Positions 54,010 through 64,000 of a stretch of DNA of 64,000 nt are shown in pieces. Under the pieces are notes generated by a model. The model did not search any database. It worked only from the letters and a program-made list of their open reading frames with translations, and had not been told where the DNA came from. Location: contig OX597815.1 in NCBI GenBank assembly GCA_951406725.2, positions 54,436,001-54,500,000 on the forward strand. The letters run 5' to 3'. A program made the position numbers and the translations under genes. Position 1 is the stretch's first letter, and each line of letters opens with the position of its first letter. Source of the stretch: Octopus vulgaris (Eukaryota).

Positions 54010-54480
54010 TTTTTAAAGTGAGGAAAGGCTGTGCACTGAGTCAATCCCACTCACTAAGCAACAGCAGCCATAATCCGAAAAGAGAACAAGTCAACATCAT
54101 CGGTAACCACTGATCCGCAGGTTTTATGTCGGAGTTATCCCAGTTACCTGAGTTACCTTCTCCTAGAAGGATGCCCTAACAAAGGCTAGGAGTCCTTCAC
54201 TCCCAATGGTTTAACCGCGCGATCGGGTATCCAGTCCGATTATTTCTATGTCCCTGTGCATGATACAGCCTTAAGACATTTATATGATGGCCGTTGACTC
54301 TCAAGAGTTCCTCCGCCCTTTGACGGATTTTGTTTTTCATTCCGCAGGGTGTCCAATAAACAACCTCCTCAACAAGCAAGCTTGGTGGGGTTGCCGGTTT
54401 AGTCGCCGACGACCCGATCATGCAACAGGTTGTACAGGGTTACATGTTACCTGTAGCACTCGAAAGTGACCTGACATAAC
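54010..54480 (-). mobile_element. Probable 5' UTR fragment of a non-LTR retrotransposon
   Basis: GC-elevated segment; ttctcctagaaggatgccctaacaaaggctaggag resembles RTE-type 5' UTRs as I recall them; no ORF support. Confidence 0.3.
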
Positions 54481-54540
54481 ATATATATGTATATATATTA
54501 CATAACATATATATGTACATATATATATATACATGCATAT

Positions 54541-57255
54541 ATGGGTACAGGACGTCAAAAAAAGCGTGAACAAAATGAGAAACGAGAACATAAAAAACAA
54601 AGGCATGGAAAACGAACATTTTTGAACATGAAAGAAACAAATAGAGAAACTAGACACGCAACATATAGAATACTAGCAGAGTTACGCGGCGTTGCCCGAG
54701 TTGCATGCAATTGAAGAATTAGACTTTTCTGTTATATTTTCTGTAATGAACTGGAATATCTGTTTCGAATTTCATCAAAATTGCAGATGAGGGTTATTTC
54801 CTTCTTTACAAACCCAAACAAAATTGTTCACGTGCCAAATGTATCTCATATTACTGATTTTCATGCGCATATTCCAAAATTCAGTCTTATAAAACTTATT
54901 AAAAGGATTTTGCTCCTGAAACATGGAGGTCATGGAGCTCTAAAATGTGAGAGTTAACGCCCCTATTGGGGGTGGGCATTTTAATGTCAACTAGAGAAGT
55001 TGAATTGTTGAGAATCTTTTTAACTTGGGTCTTATATCTATTGTTTGAATTTCTTTGAAATAGGAAATATATTTTCACTGGGTTTGTAAAAGAGAGCAAA
55101 ACTACAGGAAACCAAAAGACGAATGATTACAATAAGCAGTCAGCTACAGTACCCTAGTCGTTACCACTCCCAATGTAGTATTCCTCACCATCCAGGTGAC
55201 AGGTACAGCCGTAAGATGCATTACGAGTCAAGAGCGTGAAGGAAGGGCGTGACCTAACTGAAATAAACATTAACAATTGTGTGACGTGAGGGCTAAGGAG
55301 AAATGAAAGTTGGAGTTTGCAAATGGCCACTATACTGATACGTAACTGGACAGAATAAATATACAATCTATAAATGTCTTTGAATAACCAGTCACTCATC
55401 TGCGAAGGCCTTGAAATCAATGTCACCATGTGGGGACTATGTGTGACCCAGTGATAATAAAAAGACTGAAAGGAGATCTGCAATCAATTAACTTTACTCA
55501 ACACTTTGCAACTGAATCAGTAGAGGCAAATATGCCTCCCATTTAGTTGACAATTTATGCAGCACATTGCAGAAATCATAATTTAAGTGTATGTCAAAGG
55601 AAATTCTTACACTGTTGTGCCATTGAATTAAAAATAATGCTCATCTTCTATGCTCGCGGATGACCCCACAGCTTCCAAGAGTACAACTGTATTCGTCTTT
55701 GCTTAGATAAAATGACAAAATTGTGGGTGTTAAGTCCCCATGAAGGGGTCTTTCTAACTTGTAAGAAGATGAAATTTTATAAATATTACTTCATTTGTAT
55801 CTATTATCTATGGTTAAAATTTCATCAACAGCAAAAATATATGAATTTTCATGGGGGTTGTGGCCCTTATGCATAGAATATAATTTCCAAATTTCGTAAA
55901 GAACTATTCAGTACTTTTGACTTAGTTTTGGATCATAAAAGAAATGACTAAAATTTAGGAGTTAAGGCCCTCATTAGGTTGTCTTAGAATTCTCATGTGA
56001 AGTGGAAACTTTGAGAATACCTCTTGATGTGTGTCAATTACCCATGGTTGAAATTTCAACAACATCGAACATTTATGAATTTTCATGGGGGGTTCTGCCT
56101 CTTTAAACCATCTGAAATTCAAAACAAACATATTGCATTATAACCGCTCTTATACATTGAATCTAAGTTTCAAATATCATAAGGATCGATTCAGTAATTT
56201 TGGTCCGTGATTAATTTGATTAATATGAATTGAAAACCAGTGGTGTAGCATATAAGACCATAGCGGATCTTCTTCTAGCAACATGGATGTCCACTGTTAA
56301 TGGTTCATCCCTCTTATATAATAGTTTGACTTTAATAGTTTCAGTATTAAAGTGAAAGTATCTGACATTACAATAGAGAGATGTTTTTGTTTCACTTTAA
56401 ACACGTAATACTGAAATAGTGGAGAAAATATTATATTGCTGTGGGTTCGCTCTAGGCAAGAAGTAAAAAAAAATTCTTTTGCCCATCACACTAAATGGAC
56501 CCTAAGTAAGGCATGTGTAAAATTTGAATAAAATTGGTTGCGTAGTTCTCAAGTTTTAGGGATTCATAGTGGAGGAGATATGATATTCCTGTGGGCTCGC
56601 CCTAGTTCTCAGGTTTTAGGGATTCACACAGACAGACACGCATTCTCAGTTTTATATATATACATTCCCTTCATCATTTGTCCCCTGTTTTATCTGCTAC
56701 GCGTTTCGAATTTAGAGACAAGAGGCGACTTCGTTAAAACAGTCCGTCCCGCAAAGCAAATTAAATAAAATCTGAGATCTTTTGCGAAGGGTTGAAGTGG
56801 TAACAAAAGCAGGACAGTAAGAACAAAACAGTAAAATCAAACGGTGAGTGCTGTTAAGCCATAACGATGTGAAGTGGTAGACGCTGGAAAAACTAGCTTT
56901 GAAAAGAGACAGGCAAAAGCACGTCTTGTCTTAGGAAGGAAGTAGAGGAAAGAAAGATAGATAGCCGTTGGTCACGTGTGAGCAACGAGAGAGTCAAGGA
57001 GGAACTGTGAGAGAGAGAGGGAACGGTGAAGGGGAGAGGAGAAGAAATAGAGAAAGGGTGGGAGGGAAAAACAGAAAGGAAGAAGAACAAGAGAGGGAGA
57101 TAAAATACAGATAGGTTGTAAAGTGCGCATCGGAATTAAGATAAAACTGACTTGGAAATGGATGCGTGGCGTTCGATCATATAATAATTTAAATAATATA
57201 TGTGTGTGCATATATACACACTACATGTACATGCCTACACACACGCACACACACG

Positions 57256-57311
<56 letters not shown>

Positions 57312-57430
57312 CATGCAGATATGGGTACAGGACGTCAAAAAAACGTGAAAAAATCCCAAATTTTATTTAATTTGCATTGCGGAAACGACTGTTTTAACGA
57401 AGTTGCATCTTGTCTCTACCTTCGAAATTG
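54541..57430 (-). mobile_element. PLE pLTR remnants (repeated atgggtacaggacgtcaaaaaa) interrupted by a Helitron
   Basis: Same block at 54541 and 57321; decayed hammerhead on the minus strand at about 56683-56742 (...aacga...GAAACGCGTA) with an inverted copy at 57389-57428. Confidence 0.55.
54673..56664 (-). mobile_element. Non-autonomous Helitron, about 2 kb
   Basis: 3' CTAG with hairpin (cgcggcgttgcccg); 5' end reads cattctcagttttatatatataca|t on the + strand; inserted between A and T with no TSD; internal imperfect tandem repeats of about 240 bp at 55700-56100. Confidence 0.8.
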
Positions 57431-58329
57431 CTTTCATTATTTTTATCACAATCATAATCTCTCGTTTTTAAGCAAACATGAAAATAGTCCAACAACAGAG
57501 GGAGAAGTAGTTTCTCAAGTTTTACCTCCCCCTCAAAGCAACATAGAAATTTCAATTCAGCAGCCCAACTGTAACTTTTGGAGTGTGTGGGGGAGAGACA
57601 GAGAGAGAACATTGCAAACAATGAATGAAATACACATGAAATGAAATAATCGTATAAATAAAAGGGTATTACTACAGATGTATACGCCTCCGAATTTGTT
57701 GCCTCATACCATCCAGAAAAATGGATACCTTTAAACAATATGTTATACAAATACCGCTTAGATGTTTCAGCTTCAGAGTATGTAGGGATTTATGCGAAAG
57801 AATTTTTGCGAGCGTGTGGAGAGTGGAGTTTCATTCCCTCATAACTTTCAAGAAAATGGGTGTCTTTTCATGAAAATTTATACAAATCCCTTTCAAATAG
57901 CACAGATTACGATTATAAAGAAATTTGTAAGAAAACTTTTTTCGGGATTTTCCCCATATTTTTTTAACCATTGCCTTCAAAATGATGGGATGGAAGTGAG
58001 GGCATCTTTGAATGAAAAGGTTTTGAACTTTTATGAAAAGGTTTTACACTTCACAACCAAGTGTTTTAAGGGTGATTTGCACCTTATTCATAATTTACGA
58101 ACACTACTTCAACAGTGGTACACACACACACACATACACGTACACACACCCATACACACAGCAATACACACTCGCACACACGCACAGATACACATGCACA
58201 CAAATGAAAAGTAATGAATATATGTGTGCGCGTGTACTGTTCACTGACAAAATTTCGTGGTGCCTCCCTTTTTTGACACAAATGAAGTTTTCTTGGTTCT
58301 GAATTTCCTCAGAATCTATCCAACCCGCG

Positions 58330-59975
58330 CAGTGTTGCCATCTTGGTAATATGCACATGGAATTTTGCATCACGGCTCATGTGAACCCACAGGTCACGCA
58401 CCGACTCTCGGATCGCATTACCTTCTTGTCCAGTATATTTCGATTTTAGCCTGGTAGTGGACCGATAATGGAGTGCCTAAAATTTCATAGCATTGAGCTG
58501 CATGTTATTTTTGTTAGCCCATTTGTATATTTCATTCAGGTAATTTCTGTAGTTTTACGATGACCTCTAGGTTTCTAACTGCCTGCAATTTTTGTGCCGT
58601 CAGCATAACTGGGCAGACTGGCAGACTATAACTGTGAGGGCATTTCTGAGAGGGCCACCACAAATAGTAGTGACACCAGTACAGTTCCCTGTGAGAATCT
58701 GCTGAGAATTGGTGTCACTTCAGAGTGAGAAACATTGGCTACAACTGTCTGACACCTGCCATTCAGAAAATCATTCCACCATTCTCCCAGTTTCCCAGTA
58801 ATACCAAGGTTTTTCAGTTGATGACATATCAAGTCATGATCAAGCTTGTCGAAGGCCTTGGCAAAGTCGAGGTATATCACGTCTACAACTAACTGGTTTA
58901 GCTGTTGTTTCAGTACCTAGTCAAAATGCTGCAGCAGTTCCTCCCTGGACAACAGTCATGTTGCATGCTTGTGAGAAGGTTGTTTTCTTCTAGGAAAGTG
59001 ATCAGCCTTTTCTGGCAATGCGTTCCATTGTCTTACTGATATGTGAGCTCAGAGTTTTTAGCATCTGCTTACTCCTTTATGAATAGGACATATGATACTC
59101 TCTTTTAACATGTTGGAAAGTTTACCACATGCAAGGAAACTGTGAGAGAGTATCTCCAGTGACTTTGCAAGAGCCTTTTTGCGTGTCTTAAGAGAGCGGC
59201 CCGGAATCCATTTGGGCCTGTTGCTGTGTTTGATCACGTCTCATCAATACTACATCCTCTTCTGTTATGTTGATGTAATCGAAGGTTGCCTCTTTTCCGA
59301 ATAGATTCGTTACATTGAAAACTCCTCAGTATTTTTATTTGCATATTTTCCAGTGGAGAAGTGAAAACACTTCGGAATTGTTTATTTAATGCTTCACTTA
59401 TCTTAACTGTGTCTGCAGTTAATGAGCTGTTCTTATCAAGTAGTGGCTCCATTTCAAATCGTACTGAGGCAAACTCCTTTGCCAATGTGTAGAAGGCTTT
59501 ATGACTTCTTTTCATATTTTCGACTGCCCAGGTTTCTTTTTCTTCTCTTTCTTTATCATGGGAGATTTTGAGTTTTTTTCAGTCTCGAAGAGTTTCTCTG
59601 TCAAGTGGGAATTCACATTGTCATTGAGATGTTTGCTTAAACAATTCGTGATCTTTATTCTCCGCCGTATGCGTATTCCCCTGTCTCGGTGAATGATGTT
59701 TTTGTGTGAATTGGCTGTCTTCTCTGGAACATATTCAATGCATATGGCTCGCATTATTGACATAAATTTATTGAGTTTCATATATATGTCTTGCAGAGAG
59801 AGGCTTTTAGGCCAGTCCTGCTGTATTATGTTTTCAAATGAACATTATAGAAATTTAAGCTGGATAGGTTTTGAGCGCCATCTGTGCGGAGTTTATCTCT
59901 AGTTAATTCCGGGGCATACATTGTCAATTTCATCATGTTATGGTCTGAGAATATTGTTTGTGTTATATTTACATT
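58330..59975 (-). mobile_element. Degenerate CR1-group LINE ORF2 fragment
   Basis: IYLDFAKAFDKLDH, SQGTVL and LNKQFRSVFT in collinear broken frames. Confidence 0.8.
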
Positions 59976-59979
59976 TTTT

Positions 59980-60300
59980 TTTACTTTTCTTTATTTTTAT
60001 TATATCTAGTTTCAGCTCACGAGCTGTGGCCATGTTGGGGCACCACCATTTGATGTTGCTACATAATTTTACTTCACGAATGCTTTTTAGGAATTGACAT
60101 TTGGTGCATGAGAGAGTTTGATGCAGCTGTCCTCATCTGCACCTCCTGCTGTGAAGCTGGTTCACCTGGGACACTTGATAGGAAGAGGTCCAGCTTTAAT
60201 TTAAAGACAGCTATATCCACCCCATACAGGTCTCTCAGGTCCTTCGGGGGGATATTGAAGTGGTGTGCACTGTATGGTTTTGCATGTCTAACTATGAACC
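59980..60300 (-). mobile_element. 3' end of a CR1-group LINE, with a tail shared by SINE family A
   Basis: FNIPPKDLRDL...FKLKLDLFLSSVPGEP...AASNSL, followed by a 3' hairpin tail and A-rich repeats. Confidence 0.75.
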
Positions 60301-60701
60301 GACCAAGTAATGTAGTATTCCGCATAAGCCTCCTTCACTCGTCATATACATTCTGCCAAAGATGTTGAATGTCTCTTATTGATTGGCCTAAATCTGGCAA
60401 CAGGATTACGATAACGATTTTTAAATGAATCAGCCGTCTGCCCAATGTAAACATAAGGCCCTCCCCTTGTGTGCACCTTACATTTATATACAAGAATTGT
60501 AATCAAACATTTTGATTTATCCTTACATGAGCATTTATCGTTTAGATTTGTACCTAAAGCAGTCCTGACTTCATTTACCGGCGTTGTTATTGTGTTAGCT
60601 GTACCATGAGTATTTCTACTACTATAAATTGGTCGAAGTTGATGATTATCAATGTGGTTTACATCTCCTTGATTGACATTTAGATGTAAATGCTTGCTAC
60701 A

Positions 60702-60980
60702 TCAAGTAGGTGGGTTATTGAATCTTTGTCGCATTTTGCTATTGTTTATGGGATGCATAAGCTGCTCCAAATTAGCAAAGTAAGCGTAGGATAGCTCCAC
60801 GATGTGCTGATTAAAAATAGCATGGTACCGATTAGATTTAGGAAAACACTTGTCCAAAACAGCAAAAAAAATTCCAGCGATCCTGGTTGAAACATACAAA
60901 CCGAAAATTGGGTTGAACCAGAGGACATCCTGATTCCTACATTTGTTGTTAGGTTTATTTGATCTCGTGTGCTGTACAGG
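60702..60980 (-). pseudogene. Penelope-like (probably Naiad clade) ORF fragment
   Basis: RNQDVLWFNPIFGLYVSTRIAGIFFAVLDKCFPKSNRYHAIFNQHIVELSY resembles the WFNPP...KHFP...IFN...SYS linker that precedes the GIY-YIG domain. Confidence 0.7.
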
Positions 60981-61164
60981 ATTGGAACAAGCAGATGAAT
61001 TACTATGTCGCATGTGTCTATGAGTTTTCTTTGGTAGATCATTGACATGACCAGTACCTTCTATCCTGTATTCTTTTTCCGTGTGATTTCTAAAACGGTA
61101 ACGTTGTAGTGGCATACGATGTGTATTGCAGTTGAAGGAATTACCAGTGTTGCTTAAGCCTGTA

Positions 61165-61340
61165 TCTTCTATATATATAATTGAATTTGAGGGTGTCTGT
61201 ATTGTGTGTGCGTAAGTGCGTGTGTGTCTACAAAGATTTAATGTACTTCAATAACTCCTCATTTTTCATCCGGTTTCTTTAAAATTTTATACACTGCTAC
61301 TTCATATCCAAGACCCGAACATAGGCTAAACAAACTAAAA
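61165..61340 (+). mobile_element. 5' end of a non-autonomous Helitron
   Basis: a|tcttctatatatataattgaatttgagggtgtctgt...gtgtgtgtc. Confidence 0.5.
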
Positions 61341-61349
61341 AATCCAGCA

Positions 61350-61945
61350 AAAAAGTCTTCATTTGGTTTTCCGCAAACGAGAAAACCTTCCACCAAGATC
61401 AAAAGTTCACAGAAGAAATGACAGACGGCTACGTGCAGACACTTCTGAAGTTCCAACTGTTATGCATATAAAATTTCCTGCAACCGTCATGTTTTTATAG
61501 TGGTTGTCAGCAATTAGGGACATGTGATACCTCATTACCTCTTTCCAAAAGGACTTAGAGTTAGCTCTGCCGCCTACATTAAGGTACTGGAAATAATTGT
61601 TAAGCCCTGGATAGACAGTGTATGCAATGGAATGCCGCATGTGTTTCAGTAAGTCTCTGCACTGTAACACATAGCTCTAGCAGAAAAGGAAGGGCTGGCA
61701 AAAACTTTTCATGATCATCTAACCCCTAAAAGTTGGCATCCTAATTCCCCAGATCTCCATCCATTTGAGCATGTAGATGATTTAGATCTCTTATAGAAGC
61801 AGTTCATGAAGCTGATGGTGGATTTATTGAATAACATTATAGAAAAACAGGTTTATTTTTATCCTCAGAGCATTTTTAATAAAGTTATTATATATTGGTA
61901 TTGTATAAACATAAATGTATCCTCAAATGCATTAAACATCCTGTA
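61350..61945 (+). mobile_element. Second maT-like fragment, including the 3' TIR
   Basis: Collinear with 53095-53712; ends cctcaaatgcattaaacatcctgta. Confidence 0.8.
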
Positions 61946-61986
61946 TATATACTTATATACTTAAACACACAAACACAAACACATAT

Positions 61987-62025
<39 letters not shown>

Positions 62026-62304
62026 TATATTTATATATATATATATATACGTATATATTTATATACATATATACATACATATAAACATATATTTATACAT
62101 ATATACATATATATGTACATATATATATATATACATCTATACATATGCACCGATATATATATATAGATAGATATTTACACGTACATATATACATATATAT
62201 ATATAGATATATATATACATATATATAGATATTTATATGTACATATATATATACATATATATAGATATATATATATCTACATATATATGTATATAGATAT
62301 ATAT

Positions 62305-62375
<71 letters not shown>

Positions 62376-62382
<7 letters not shown>

Positions 62383-62769
62383 AATTTATAAATAAGGGCA
62401 AAAGAAAAAATTTCTGATGCCAAGATGTACTGAATATAGACACTACGTCAATAACCATGTTATTTACCACTACAATTGTGATAAATTGTGGTACTTAATT
62501 GTGCTCGTGGATTAGTGCTCGCTTCTTCCATAGGTATAAGTAAGTATTTATTTACCGCATTTATCCCCGATGAAGAGAAGGTTCTTACGAACTAACTCCG
62601 AAATCGGGTCCGATATGGTAATAACGGAATTTTTTTGAAATTTCTGTCGGCTTTCTTTGAAATACGTGCTTGTAGCGTTAAATTACATGGTTGTTGACGT
62701 AGTGTCTATTTTCGGCATATTTTGGCATTAGAACTTTTTTCTTTTGCCCTTACTTATAAATTGTTTATA
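62376..62769. mobile_element. PLE pLTR with inverted arms of about 90 bp and a decayed hammerhead
   Basis: 62376-62467 is inverted relative to 62679-62769; ccgatga-agag...ctcc-GAAA-tcgg-gt-ccga-TA at 62567-62615. Confidence 0.65.
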
Positions 62770-62862
62770 AATTTAACCTTTAAAGGTATTTTTTAATATG
62801 CTGGCCATTGATAGAATTTTTTTCGAAAAATTCTATCCTATATTAGATATATATATATATAT

Positions 62863-62929
<67 letters not shown>

Positions 62930-63089
62930 CAAATATATATACATGCAGATATAAACATACGTACAAATAGATATATAGATATATACATATATTTAGATAT
63001 GTACATACATATACATATATATATATACAAATATTTAGATATATATGTATATTTACATCTACATATATATGCATCTATACATATGTATA

Positions 63090-63245
63090 CATTCGCTGCT
63101 ATATTCCAAGGAAACTAATGCTTTTAGCTTAGTTTTTCCTTGGGGCTGGCCAGATTGGAGCAATATCGAACATAAGCAGCCGAAATTGCAAAGATAATCT
63201 GGAACTCAACTGAGGAAAGAAAACTCCGAATGACTCGTCCTTGTT
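63090..63245 (+). ncRNA. Candidate structured RNA motif, copy B (see findings)
   Basis: Two hairpins, a potential GGCTG/CAGCC pseudoknot, then CTGAGGA. Confidence 0.45.
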
Positions 63246-63324
63246 TTCTTCGTATCTGGATGTTTTGTTGTCCCTTTTTTTATCACCTAACTGTCTGGAT
63301 ATTTTGCAGTCTTGTCCCATTTTG

Positions 63325-63412
<88 letters not shown>

Positions 63413-63598
63413 TATATATACATACATATAATACAAATACGAAAATGGCGAAACAAATTCATTTCGATCATCAACTTACGGATATTACAATTTCATATTA
63501 TTTATTAATTATACAAAGTGGAACATCAAAATCGAACAAAACAATATACATCAATATGTAATATAATAATAAAAATAAAAATAATACAAATAAACTGC

Positions 63599-63730
63599 TC
63601 CTAACAGCTGTTTCAGCCTATGGTCAAGAGTCAATTCAACTTAAATTGCCTATAGATGCCATTGTAATATAGTCCTAAGCATTAAAAATTATATTTGTCT
63701 GTTTAAATAACCAAATGTCTCGTCAGAGGA
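63599..63730 (-). ncRNA. Type I hammerhead motif with a long stem II insertion
   Basis: Minus strand: tcct-CTGACGA-gacatttgg...(about 90 nt)...ccataggct-GAAA-CAGCTG-TT-agga; stem III is the palindrome ACAGCTGT. Confidence 0.6.
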
Positions 63731-64000
63731 TATACATAACTAGAAGAGTATAATAATAATATTGATATATAATAAACATGCTTCACATACTATCCAATAA
63801 AAACAAGAAAATGAATAATAAGACAAATATTCAAAATACATAAACATATTGTGGTCATTATTGGATTTGTATGTGTGTGGATACATGCGTATATATATAT
63901 ATATATATAAATATATTCATGTAGGTTTATTTGTGTGCATGCATGTGGTGGTCTTAAGTATTATTGTGCTTTTTGTGTGTACATATTTGTATTTTTTATA

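Noticed and set aside
54290-54430. HDV-like ribozyme in the putative LINE 5' UTR
   Set aside because: I could not assemble P1, P3, L3 and P1.1 by eye on either strand; a descriptor search would be needed.
63150-63202. SECIS element (some Naiad PLEs carry one)
   Set aside because: Neither copy of the motif has the RUGA/GA non-Watson-Crick quartet in register.

Overview
AT-rich, microsatellite-dense eukaryotic non-coding DNA made almost entirely of nested, decayed transposable elements. The SINE families and repeat landscape resemble an octopus or other coleoid cephalopod genome (inference from memory, not from a search). No host protein-coding gene could be supported. Retroelements: R4/Dong-like RLE non-LTR fragments with (TAA)n tails; a near full-length Tx1 element and a second Tx1 3' fragment, both abutting (GATA)n; a 2-kb ORF1-only Tx1-like insertion with a 16-bp target-site duplication (TSD) inside a SINE; CR1-group LINE fragments; tRNA-derived SINEs; and many Penelope-like (PLE) remnants carrying minimal hammerhead ribozyme motifs, including a 103-bp-arm near-perfect palindrome. 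DNA elements: an Academ transposon with both ends, two mariner and two maT-like elements, non-autonomous Helitrons, a RepHel fragment, and a Merlin-like MITE containing telomeric repeats. The best leads are the ORF1-only (HAL1-like) element with an array of T-loop-like hairpins, and a two-copy structured RNA motif with covarying stems and a possible pseudoknot at about 28.25 kb and 63.1 kb. All calls are by eye, and boundaries are approximate unless defined by a terminal inverted repeat (TIR) or TSD.
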